A stretch of 62,948 bases of DNA, counting the filler, from a candidate division TA06 bacterium SM23_40 (GTDB taxonomy: Bacteria > LJUI01 > SM1-40), in the NCBI GenBank assembly GCA_001303705.1. It is 4 parts of 4 records of this genome, joined end to end, with 100 filler letters (N's around TTAATTAATTAA, not from the genome) between each part and the next. Parts side by side here need not be neighbours in the genome. Positions count along the whole stretch, not along the records: positions 34,141 to 41,791 come from LJUI01000178.1; positions 41,892 to 62,948 come from LJUI01000049.1; 2 more parts are not named here. One strand, given 5' to 3'. Below are positions 37,999-47,121 of this stretch, one piece after another. A program made the translations under genes and the position numbers. A model generated the notes under the pieces. It worked only from the letters and a program-made list of their open reading frames with translations, did not search any database and had not been told where the DNA came from. How positions within the stretch are numbered: position 1 is the first letter of the stretch; each line of letters begins with the position of its first letter.

Positions 37999-38733
37999 CT
38001 ACTCCAAGTTCTGGATCTGCCCGATGTACACACTACTGAGGTATCCCTCGTTGTAACCGCCGAAGACGAAGATGTAATCAGTTGCATCGATGGTTGCCAG
38101 CTCCACGTGCGGGATACCGACCGGCGCAGGGAGCGGAGTGGCCGACATCCACCCCTCTCCCTCCTTCCAGACATGAACCCGATCGCTTGCCGGCCAGGGG
38201 CCATAGCCCGCACCGCCGCCGGCAATGACGAGGTACTCCCTCAGGAAGTCGCCATCGGCAAAAGCGACCGGTTCAGGAAGAGGATCGATCGCCTCCCAGC
38301 TCTCCAGGGCCGGGTCGTAGCGGATTACGTCGCTGATAGGACTGAGGTCCTCGTGGCTCAGTCCACCTGCGGCGTAGCAATATGTACCGTCGGAGGCCGA
38401 GGCTACGTACATCCGCTTCGGTTCCGGCGGAGCACTCATCTCTATCCAGGAATCGCCGAGAATGTCGTACTCCCAGAAGACCTGGACCGGCCTGTAGCTG
38501 TACCGCTGCTCCATATAGTAGTAGTAGATGTTGTTCCCTACGGCAGCAGCTCCGTACTTGCAGCACTCGAACCGACCGCTCGGATACGGCGAGCTGAGCA
38601 TCTCCCACGCGTCGGCCGCCGGATCGTATCTCCTCATCGTATCAGAGCCAAGCGTGTGGCCACCGAAGACATAGAACTTCCCATCGTAAACAACTCCCCT
38701 GACGTTGGAACCGTGGATGGGTAGCGCCTGCAC
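37999..38733 (-). CDS. Kelch-repeat beta-propeller, probably the frameshifted C-terminus of the upstream gene
   Basis: YVFGG...YDPAADAW, YAAGG...YDPALESW, FVFGG. Overlaps the upstream ORF by 100 bp and has no RBS. Confidence 0.7.
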   Translation of the reverse strand: MQALPIHGSNVRGVVYDGKFYVFGGHTLGSDTMRRYDPAADAWEMLSSPYPSGRFECCKYGAAAVGNNIYYYYMEQRYSYRPVQVFWEYDILGDSWIEMSAPPEPKRMYVASASDGTYCYAAGGLSHEDLSPISDVIRYDPALESWEAIDPLPEPVAFADGDFLREYLVIAGGGAGYGPWPASDRVHVWKEGEGWMSATPLPAPVGIPHVELATIDATDYIFVFGGYNEGYLSSVYIGQIQNLE

Positions 38734-41402
38734 GGAGATTCAAGCCGTTGGCCGGTATCGGCAAGAGAGCTCGGCAGGAATGGGCACGGCCCGCCGTCTG
38801 TCGCGACCTCGTCATACCAGGCCATGAGGTTGTAGAACTGGCCGCAAAAGCCGTCTTTCGTCGAATCCTGGCCAGTACTGTCATAGATCGCCGGGTTCGT
38901 CAGATCGCCTCCTATACCATCACCATTGTCATCGAAGAGCGGGTACTCGGGAGGCGAGGCGGCATTCGAATGGGGTGTTTCCCACTCATACGCCTCGTCG
39001 AGGGCGATGTACCCATCTCCATTCCTGTCCGAAGACGAAGGAACGACATTGTCCGGATATCCACCACGCATCGCCAGTCGCCACATACCAGCCCACCCGT
39101 AGGAGTTGGGTTGATTGGCCCGGACGGAGGTGGCGGTGATCACGCGCCGCTCATCGCTGCATAGACCCTGCATGTGAGACATGATCGCACCACTATAGCA
39201 GGGATTGTATGCCCCGATGTAGGCCCTGCACTCTATGTTGTCGATCCAGTCTCTCAGCTCAGTGAAGTAGACAAACCCGTTATGGACCTCGAAGCCGCTC
39301 GTATTGCCGTGATCGACCCACCAGACATGCACCAGATCATCCTGAGTGACCTTCGCTGCAACAGTGTCGAACGCTGCCTGCACATTCGCCTTGGTGCTGA
39401 TATCATCGACGAGCTCAGGGTGGACGTTGGCGCTATCGCCGTAGGAGAGGTAGATGATGTCCTCAGGGGCGAATCCCCAGTCCATGAGGGTCCACACCTT
39501 CCCCGATGTGTCGTTCCAATACCATCTGTACATCTGACCGCTCACGTTCCCACCCATGACGACGATCGCGTACCGATGGCCATAGGGCTTCCATTGGCCC
39601 GCGCCGGAACTCACTACGAATTCAAACGTGTCCTCGTCATAGAGCGTGGAAGGTGGCACCCCGATCCTCGAGCGGTACCCGTATAGACCGGGCGGCGCCG
39701 CCAGCGGGACGTCGTGATAGAGGTGATGCTGCACCGTGGCCTGCGCAGGCAGCGTGTAGTGATCGGGCCCCATGATGCCGCGCGAGTTGCCGTTCGGCAT
39801 GATGGCGTCCGTCAGGACCCAGAACGGCTCCGGCTCTGTCCAGCGATTGATGGCCGTATAGGTCACTCCGAGCGCCCCTCCAGGCGAAACCTCAGTGGTA
39901 TCCGGCGTCAAGTAGAGCGTCACATAGTCATCCTGATCGAAATAGTGCGCCCCCATGTCGCTGCGCGTGCCATCCGGGTCCAGCGAGTCAGGATGGCCTG
40001 CATCTACGCAGGGCGAGCCCCACAAGAGCCGATAGTCTCCTCTGTCGGCCAGAACGAACATCGGATCGAGGTCGATGTTACCCGGGCCCGGCCAGCCTCC
40101 GTCAACGTCAGAATAGCCCACGCTGAACGAGGCCATCAACTCGCCATAGATCTCATCTCCCATCCAGGTTCCCGTATCTCTCCAACAGATGGAGTTCAAC
40201 ACATCAATGACAATCTGGATATTCGCGTAGGCATAGAGGCCGCCTCCCTTGAAGGCCGTGTTTGAGGTAATTGTGTTCCCACAGACCGGGATCGAGCAAT
40301 TCCAGAAGCCGATACCTCCTCCGCCTCCACTCGGGGCGACATTCTCTGACACGACATTGCCCGCGATCGAACCGTTATTGAAGTTTTTCAAGTATATACC
40401 GCCGCCATTGGCGCCAGCTCTGTTCCTGGTGAGGACATTGCTATGGACAGCGCCACCCATCCCAGGAATCACATTCGACAGGTAGAGGTGGATCCCACCA
40501 CCGTCACCGCTTGCCGAGTTGTCTGTTATCACATTATCCGTTATCGCTCCTGAAAACGTATGGAAGCAACTGATCCCGCCGCCTATTCCCGAATCGCCCA
40601 CGGCGCTGTTGAATCTGATCTCGTTCTGCGAGATCGTATCGCTGTCGAGGACATAGGAACAGACTCCTCCCCCGATCGACGCAGTGTTCTCTCTGATGGT
40701 ATTGTGCATGATGGTCGAGACGCACTTGTACGTGAAGACTCCCCCTCCCATCGTCATCACCGTCGGATAGCCGGTCGTGTCAGCAACGTTACCGACAATC
40801 TCGTTGTAGGTGATCACGGGTCTACTCTGGGAGAACATCATCCCCCCGCCAGCACCGGATGAATTCTCCGTGAACGTATTGTAAGTCACTGTGGCGTTGG
40901 AAGAGTCGATGCCGCAGAGGCCTCCTCCGTTGTGAACGGCGTGATTCCGACGAACCACGTTATGGATCACGGTCGGGGAACTGTTGATGCACATGATCCC
41001 ACCGCCGAGCCATCTGTCGTACTCGTTCTTGTACCCCTGTCCGTTCTGGATCGTGAATCCCCGAATCACCGCATCCGAGGTCTCGCCGCTGCAGAAAATC
41101 ACGACAGACGCTGTATCGGCCATCCCGACGACGGCCGTATCCGCGTCTATGATCGTGTTCTCGATTGTCTGGATGTTGCCAGTGTACAGATACTCGCTGG
41201 TGACCAGAATCTTCTTTCCCAGGAAGTTAAGCCGCTCGTAGTATACTCCCTCTGCCACCAACACAGTATCGCCGTCCACCGCAGCATCGATTCCTGCCTG
41301 GATAGCTGGATACTCGCCCGGCACGTGGAGAACCGTCGCCGCGGCACCAGCACACAGCCCCAGCACCAGAACCGCACCCACAAGGGTCGTCGGCTGTCTC
41401 AT
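38634..41402 (-). CDS. Secreted right-handed beta-helix, Ig-like and clan CD (C13/caspase-like) peptidase-domain protein
   Basis: Signal peptide, VPGEYPAIQAGIDAA, repeated N...GGGI, DPDGTRSDMGA, dyad-like VDHG...NPCYSG. Confidence 0.78.
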   Translation of the reverse strand: MRQPTTLVGAVLVLGLCAGAAATVLHVPGEYPAIQAGIDAAVDGDTVLVAEGVYYERLNFLGKKILVTSEYLYTGNIQTIENTIIDADTAVVGMADTASVVIFCSGETSDAVIRGFTIQNGQGYKNEYDRWLGGGIMCINSSPTVIHNVVRRNHAVHNGGGLCGIDSSNATVTYNTFTENSSGAGGGMMFSQSRPVITYNEIVGNVADTTGYPTVMTMGGGVFTYKCVSTIMHNTIRENTASIGGGVCSYVLDSDTISQNEIRFNSAVGDSGIGGGISCFHTFSGAITDNVITDNSASGDGGGIHLYLSNVIPGMGGAVHSNVLTRNRAGANGGGIYLKNFNNGSIAGNVVSENVAPSGGGGGIGFWNCSIPVCGNTITSNTAFKGGGLYAYANIQIVIDVLNSICWRDTGTWMGDEIYGELMASFSVGYSDVDGGWPGPGNIDLDPMFVLADRGDYRLLWGSPCVDAGHPDSLDPDGTRSDMGAHYFDQDDYVTLYLTPDTTEVSPGGALGVTYTAINRWTEPEPFWVLTDAIMPNGNSRGIMGPDHYTLPAQATVQHHLYHDVPLAAPPGLYGYRSRIGVPPSTLYDEDTFEFVVSSGAGQWKPYGHRYAIVVMGGNVSGQMYRWYWNDTSGKVWTLMDWGFAPEDIIYLSYGDSANVHPELVDDISTKANVQAAFDTVAAKVTQDDLVHVWWVDHGNTSGFEVHNGFVYFTELRDWIDNIECRAYIGAYNPCYSGAIMSHMQGLCSDERRVITATSVRANQPNSYGWAGMWRLAMRGGYPDNVVPSSSDRNGDGYIALDEAYEWETPHSNAASPPEYPLFDDNGDGIGGDLTNPAIYDSTGQDSTKDGFCGQFYNLMAWYDEVATDGGPCPFLPSSLADTGQRLESPCRRYPSTVPTSGELFTMGSSMSSVATRLALIR

Positions 41403-41642
41403 GATATCTCTGCCTCCTCGCTGCACTACCCCACCATAAGATAGACACCCCCAACAGTCACCGCTGCGTGCCCGCTCCCAGCCAGCAAAAAGACCCGAGC
41501 AGCTCCACCGCTCAGGTCCAGAAATCTCTGAGATGTTCTGCCCGGGCAACGGGGCTCTTTGCCACCCGGTTTCATGGCCGCACACCGTCCTCTCGGGCGC
41601 ATCTGCCCGTACAGGACAGGTACCGACCGCCGCCCAGTGTGG

Positions 41643-41672
41643 ATTCTACATCAAGCACGCCACCCGTGTCAA
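41643..41672 (-). promoter_or_regulatory. Sigma70-type promoter
   Basis: Minus strand TTGACA-N18-TAGAAT. Confidence 0.65.
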
Positions 41673-41725
41673 CTACATAGCCGCCGCCCGCCGCGCCAGT
41701 CACGCATCGCTGACGATACGTCAGA

Positions 41726-41791
41726 TCAGCCGTATCGCCAGATAGCCCGCTCGGCCGTATCGCCTGAGGCCCGCTCGGCCGTATCGCCCGA
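41726..41791. repeat. About 24-bp tandem repeat at contig end
   Basis: GCCCGCTCGGCCGTATCGCC(T/C)GA at 41745 and 41769, plus a partial copy at 41726. Confidence 0.75.
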
Positions 41792-41891
41792 NNNNNNNNN
41801 NNNNNNNNNNNNNNNNNNNNNNNNNNNNNNNNNNNTTAATTAATTAANNNNNNNNNNNNNNNNNNNNNNNNNNNNNNNNNNNNNNNNNNNN
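41792..41891. other. Artificial contig linker
   Basis: N44-TTAATTAATTAA-N44. Confidence 0.98.
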
Positions 41892-41967
41892 ATACGAGGA
41901 ACAGGAGCGAGAGAACACTGAGTGTGAGGCGTTCCTGAGCAACTACGGACGGTCTTCCCACATTCAT
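41892..41967 (-). CDS. N-terminus of a membrane or secreted protein, truncated
   Basis: MNVGRPSVVAQERLTLSVLSLLFLV after AAGGAG. Continues the operon. Confidence 0.4.
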
Positions 41968-41983
41968 CTCCTTGACCCACCTG

Positions 41984-42952
41984 TCAGTCGCTGCGCAGAG
42001 AGGGATAGACGATCCCGAATCGCCGGCGGTAGTACCAGCGCAGAGCCGAATAGGTCACAACGAGAACGATGAAATAGGCAGGAAAGATGACAGCCGTCAC
42101 CACAACAAGCACCGGCGCGCTGATCCGGATCGACAGTAGTGCGGCTCGCCGCTCCCCTCGATGGAAGGCGGCCGCAACAAAGAACGGCAGCGCGAGAACG
42201 GCGGCGAGCGTACAGATCCGATCCTGCACGATTAGCGACACCACGAGGCACGCCACCAGTAGGAGGAGGCTGAGTACTGTTGAGGCCGCCGGGCCGAGCA
42301 CGACACCCGTCGTTCGGTCGCCGGAAGCACGATCACCGGAGATGTCCGGCACCGTCGTATTGACAAAGACGGCCCCCACTGCCAGCACATACGGGAGAGC
42401 GTAGACGATAACCTCCATTGATATCGATGACGCGGCAGTCCAGCCGACGGTAAACGCCAGCAGACCGTACCCGAAGCTGTTTGCCGCGAGATCGAGGACG
42501 GGCCTCCCTTTCAGCTTCACCGGCGGCACGGAGTACAGCACTCCGAGCACGAAAGAGACCAGAAACAGCAGTGCCACATCGACGCCGGCAGCCAGTCCCC
42601 CGACGAATGCCAGCACCGCGAGCAACGAAACCATAACGACCGCGCTCCGCAGCGGTATGTAGCCGTGCGAAAGAAGAAAGAGTTTCTCGTTGGCGAAATC
42701 AGTTTCGCGATCGAATATCTGATTGATGATGTAGACAGCTCCCATGAGTGCGGAATAGAGGAGAGCAGTCCAGACGAGCCGGCCCGAAACCGTTAGACGA
42801 AGCAGAGGGTGGCCGGCAAGCGCAGTGGCCCGGTAGTATCCAAGAAGAAGGAGTGTCCATACAGGAATGAGGAGCGTGGGACGAAGGAGGAACAGATAGT
42901 CGATCGCCCAGGAGCGGCGCTCACCATTGACTGCGCACGCACGCGTACCCAC
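41984..42952 (-). CDS. UbiA-superfamily prenyltransferase
   Basis: INQIFDRETD (NxxxDxxxD), YSVPPVKLK, PDISGD, about 8-9 TMs. Confidence 0.85.
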   Translation of the reverse strand: MGTRACAVNGERRSWAIDYLFLLRPTLLIPVWTLLLLGYYRATALAGHPLLRLTVSGRLVWTALLYSALMGAVYIINQIFDRETDFANEKLFLLSHGYIPLRSAVVMVSLLAVLAFVGGLAAGVDVALLFLVSFVLGVLYSVPPVKLKGRPVLDLAANSFGYGLLAFTVGWTAASSISMEVIVYALPYVLAVGAVFVNTTVPDISGDRASGDRTTGVVLGPAASTVLSLLLLVACLVVSLIVQDRICTLAAVLALPFFVAAAFHRGERRAALLSIRISAPVLVVVTAVIFPAYFIVLVVTYSALRWYYRRRFGIVYPSLRSD

Positions 42953-43887
42953 TAGTCCAACCTCTCACGTAATCTCGCACGTGGTGCCGGACACGATGGA
43001 TCGGGCTTGACGAGACTGGTCCCGAGGGAGCAGAAATTGATGACCCTTCCCTTCATCTCCTCCAGCCCGAAGAGGAAGAGGTTCGCTCCATTGTTGGCCT
43101 TGATCTTGAAGTCTGCGAGTGTATCGATGATATAGATGCCCATCCTGCCCAGTGCAAACGGATCGTCTTCTGAAGTGCGAGCGCGGGGATATGACGAGAC
43201 GGCGCCACGGTACCCCGCCTCCTTTGCGAGACGCACGACGCGCTCGTCGTATCTGCCGAATGGATAAGACAGAAACTCGACCGGCACACCGAGGCGTTCC
43301 TCGAGCATCTGTTTCGACGCGCTGAGCTCCTCCCCCGCTCGTTCGGTGGATGCCCTCGTCAGGTCCATGTGCGTGACTGTGTGGGACCCTACCGAACAGC
43401 CCCCGGCCACCATCTCCGCCAGCTCATCCCACCCCAAATGGTTAGACCGCCACCACGGGATACCGACATCCCAGGTATTCGACCGGCCGACAAACCCGGC
43501 TATTACGAAGACTGTCGCGGCAAATCCGTACGCCTGCAATAGTGGGAACGCGTGTTCAAAGACAGTATCGTACGCATCGTCGAAGGTGACGACGACATAT
43601 CTGGGAGGAAAGGGATTACCCGCCTCCAGATTCGAATAGAACTCAGAGAGGGTCATCGAACGATACCCGGCCGCGCTGAGGTAGCGCAGGTGGCCCTCAA
43701 ACTGCCGCGGAGTGGTCCACGTCCCACTGAGATCGAATCGCGGCGTAACCTTGTGATAGAGGAGAACGGGTGGCCTCTGCCGGGACGGCCGCCCGTGACG
43801 AACGACCCACCATAGCCATCCGCCGAGGAGCATACCGAGCAGGGCAAGTGCGGCAACGGTCACCGTCGTGACGATGCCCCCGATCAC
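42952..43887 (-). CDS. Membrane-anchored polysaccharide deacetylase (CE4/NodB-like)
   Basis: N-terminal TM, LLYHKV, VTFDDAY, GSHTVTH, SYPFG. GTGA overlap with the upstream stop. Confidence 0.85.
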   Translation of the reverse strand: MIGGIVTTVTVAALALLGMLLGGWLWWVVRHGRPSRQRPPVLLYHKVTPRFDLSGTWTTPRQFEGHLRYLSAAGYRSMTLSEFYSNLEAGNPFPPRYVVVTFDDAYDTVFEHAFPLLQAYGFAATVFVIAGFVGRSNTWDVGIPWWRSNHLGWDELAEMVAGGCSVGSHTVTHMDLTRASTERAGEELSASKQMLEERLGVPVEFLSYPFGRYDERVVRLAKEAGYRGAVSSYPRARTSEDDPFALGRMGIYIIDTLADFKIKANNGANLFLFGLEEMKGRVINFCSLGTSLVKPDPSCPAPRARLRERLD

Positions 43888-44777
43888 GTTTCTTCTCCCG
43901 CGTTGATTCTCTCGAACACGAACCACTGGTCGGGAAAGCGGCGTACGTACTTCTCGATTCGCCCGGTGACGAGCTCGGTCAGTTCTCTGACGTCTTTCTG
44001 AAAGTCGCCGCTCGGCCGAAACTCGATCGCTGGATCAACGATACCATGATATCGTCCGGACCGACGACGGATGAGACACCCGGTGAAGATCGGGACGCCG
44101 AACCTCAAAGCAAGCACGGCAGGCCCGCGTGGCACCATCACATCTCTGCCGAACATCGCGACGCGGATCCCGGTTTTTGAGATATCGCGGTCGCCCAACA
44201 GCACCAGAAGGTGACCTCGACGGAGGCACCGGTAGCTTGTCGGTCCTGCTGACTCGAGCGCTATGACCCTCATTCCGACCGCGGTGCGATAGCGCAGGAA
44301 GAGCTGAGCGATCCGATTCTTCGAGAATAGGGAGTGGGCCGGGGCGATCGACTCTGTGACCACATTGGTGGGAAAACCGTTGCTGGCGAGCACGCCTCCA
44401 CCGAGCTCCCAGTTGCCGATGTGCCCGGTGACGAAGATCGCTCCCCCCTTCCCCGACCGAATTCCCTGTCGAAGGTACTCAATTCCCTCGACGGTCGCCA
44501 TTTTCTCCACTGCCCGTGCAGAAAGATGGGGAAATCTGAAGAAATCGACAGTGTTCCTCGCCAGATGACGAAATGCGCTCCGCGTGAGCGACGCGGTGCA
44601 GCGGCCTGACGGATTTCCACCGAGCATCAGCCGGTAGTTGTCCGCCAGTGCGGCCCGCTGCTTTCGAAACAGGAACCATGCAATATCAGCAACGACTGAG
44701 GAGAGGGCATACGAGAGGGACAGAGGTAGGAGCCCGACGACCAGAGATCCCGCTACCATCAATAGATACTTAATCAT
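43884..44777 (-). CDS. LpxL/PatA-family lipid acyltransferase
   Basis: VTGHIGNWE, LLGDRD, PDQWF. Confidence 0.85.
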   Translation of the reverse strand: MIKYLLMVAGSLVVGLLPLSLSYALSSVVADIAWFLFRKQRAALADNYRLMLGGNPSGRCTASLTRSAFRHLARNTVDFFRFPHLSARAVEKMATVEGIEYLRQGIRSGKGGAIFVTGHIGNWELGGGVLASNGFPTNVVTESIAPAHSLFSKNRIAQLFLRYRTAVGMRVIALESAGPTSYRCLRRGHLLVLLGDRDISKTGIRVAMFGRDVMVPRGPAVLALRFGVPIFTGCLIRRRSGRYHGIVDPAIEFRPSGDFQKDVRELTELVTGRIEKYVRRFPDQWFVFERINAGEET

Positions 44778-46122
44778 GGCTGGACTTCGGTTGGACGTGC
44801 AGTTCGCTTGCCGCCCCCTCGCTCGATCCCGGCCACCTGCCTCTCACGAACTCACCGGCGAGGCTCAAGACAAGCACAATCAGGCCGACACTGAACAGCA
44901 CCGGGCGTATCGAAATGAGCTCCGCCAGCACTCCCAGGAGCACCGCTGAAAGCATGAACACACCATTGAGGGTCCACTCCCTCGTGCTGAAGATCCTTCC
45001 GCGAAAGAATTCGGGCACGACCTCATGGAGTAGTGTGTCCTGGGAAATGGCGATGGGAGCGAGCATAGAGCCACCGAGGAAGGAGATCACTCCAAGAAAC
45101 ACAAACGACGATGCCTTTGCGAAGATCATCATGAGGACGCCGATGACGGCGAAACCCACGAGGATAACCTGACGTTTTTCAAGGCGGTATCCGAGCATCC
45201 CGAAAGCAAATGAGCTGAGCATCATCCCGATCGCTGCCGCGCCGGCCAACAGTCCCACCCCAGCCGTCCCTCTGCCAAGGCTCTGCTGAACGAGGGGAAC
45301 GACGAGTACGTACACCGAGCCACCAACAAAGCAGAAAAGCAGGATCGATAACATCACGAAGAGAATCGCGCGGTCGCGCACTATCAACGGGAAGGTCTCA
45401 AAGAGATCCCTGGCGAGTGAACGGAAGGCGGTGGCGAAGAACCCCCACAGGCCGTTCCCTCTGTTGTTCGCCGGCCGCCTCTCTTCACTGCTGACTTGCG
45501 ACCGACGCACCACCCTGATCCCGATACTTGCCAACAGAATGGCTGAGACCAAATAGGTGAGCGAGTCGAGATAGAATCCCGCGCGCCACCCCTCCCATCC
45601 TACTCTCCCCCATCCCTCCCAATCGACGAGCAATCCACCGAGCAGCACGCCGCAGAGCGTGGCGAATCGACCAACGAAGTTGTTGACAGAGTTTGCGGCC
45701 AGCAGCCGCTTTTTCGATACCAGATTCGGGATGATCGACATCTTGGCGGAGTTGAAGAAGAGGCCGAAGAGAAAGACAACGAAGACGATAGAGTAGACGG
45801 AGTGGACGTTCCCGTTGGTCCATAGGATTGCAAACGGGATGAATATCACAAGCACGGCGCGAAGAAAGTCACATGTGATGAGGACCCGCTTTCGGTTCCA
45901 GCGATCCACGAGCACGCCGGAGGTCGGCCCGAAGATCAGAACCGGAAGGGTGAATGCGATGGCAAGCTGGGAGAGTGCGCCCGGACCTGGGGCGTAGATG
46001 CGCAGCAGAGCGAGCAAGGCCATGTGGTCCAGCTTATCCCCGAACTGAGAGATAGTCTGGCCCACGGAGAAGACGAGGAAGTTCCTGATCTTCAGGACGG
46101 AAAGGAAATTAGTCCCTCTCAC
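44770..46122 (-). CDS. MFS transporter (possible lipid flippase)
   Basis: 12 TMs, GVLVDRWNRKRVL motif A. Confidence 0.85.
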   Translation of the reverse strand: MRGTNFLSVLKIRNFLVFSVGQTISQFGDKLDHMALLALLRIYAPGPGALSQLAIAFTLPVLIFGPTSGVLVDRWNRKRVLITCDFLRAVLVIFIPFAILWTNGNVHSVYSIVFVVFLFGLFFNSAKMSIIPNLVSKKRLLAANSVNNFVGRFATLCGVLLGGLLVDWEGWGRVGWEGWRAGFYLDSLTYLVSAILLASIGIRVVRRSQVSSEERRPANNRGNGLWGFFATAFRSLARDLFETFPLIVRDRAILFVMLSILLFCFVGGSVYVLVVPLVQQSLGRGTAGVGLLAGAAAIGMMLSSFAFGMLGYRLEKRQVILVGFAVIGVLMMIFAKASSFVFLGVISFLGGSMLAPIAISQDTLLHEVVPEFFRGRIFSTREWTLNGVFMLSAVLLGVLAELISIRPVLFSVGLIVLVLSLAGEFVRGRWPGSSEGAASELHVQPKSSHD

Positions 46123-47091
46123 TACCTCCCAACCTCCAGGCTGCGACGGCTCCGAACGCGCTCACTAACCTCGAGGTAGTATTCCTCGATCTGCCTTGTC
46201 ACACGCTTCCAAGAGTACCTGAGCGCCTTCTCCCTTCCTTGCCTGCCCAGTTCTGCCCGCAGTTGGGAGTCGCGAAGAAGTCGGACCAGGGACTGAGCCA
46301 AGGCATGCGCATTCCGGGGCTCGACGAGGATTCCATCGACTCCATCACTCACGACGCTCCGGTATCCGGAGATGTCGGATGCAACGATTGCCTTCTTAGT
46401 AGCCATCGCCTCGAGCAAGATGATTCCGAAGCTCTCCGCCCCAATCGCTGGCGAGCAGAAGACATCGCAGGTAGCATAGTAAGACGGCAGATCTTCGGGG
46501 GCAACGAACCCTTCGAAGATGACGTGCTCACGGCACCGATTGTCGAGATATCGTCGATAGTACGAGTCGAGCACGCCCTTCCCTACGACGACCAGTCTGG
46601 CATTCGGCACCTTCTCTACTACATACGGCATTGCCTGCAGCAGATACTTCAATCCCTTTCGCGGGTCGAAGCGGCCGACGAAGAGGATCGAAGGGCGGCC
46701 GTCGCAGAATTTGGCGACCCGTTTGGTATTGGGATGGAACCGATCTGTATCGACGCCGTTGGGAATGATCCGATAGTCGCCGGGGAAGTACCGGTATATC
46801 GTATCCTTGGCACTCTCGGAAACGGCGATGAGGCCGTGGATCCTCCTGAAATAGCGCTGCAGGATCGGCTCGAACAGCTGGGAGCCCCATCGACTTGTTG
46901 ACGGGAACGAGCACCGTCCTGCCCACTCTGATGACGTCTGACTCCTTCTCTTCCGTCTTCTTGCCATATGAGGCGGTGAGTATCTTCGTGTCATGTCCGA
47001 GTTGGCGCAGCTCCATCGCAGTGTGGTGGATATGCTCCGAGACACCTCCGGGGTGGGGGTAGTAGGCGTCAGATACAATACAGATCTTCAT
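46122..47091 (-). pseudogene. PimA-like GT4 glycosyltransferase with internal deletion and frameshift
   Basis: The N-terminus MKICIVSDAYYPHPGGVSEH...VPVNKS is in one frame. LFEPILQRYF..IAVS..IPNGVD..FVGRFDPRKG..ESFGIILLEAMA is in another. Junction near 46880-46895. Confidence 0.75.
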
Positions 47092-47121
47092 CGCCGTGAT
47101 CCTCCCTCAGGAGTGCGAAGC

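Noticed and set aside
38740-38742. TGA before the Kelch ORF as a second selenocysteine codon
   Set aside because: No Cys-motif context, no SECIS-like hairpin, and another stop lies shortly upstream in that frame.
41984-42952. Archaeal-type DGGGP synthase (ether lipid) assignment for the UbiA gene
   Set aside because: No GGGP synthase nearby, and the motifs are generic to the UbiA superfamily. Cannot be assigned without phylogeny.
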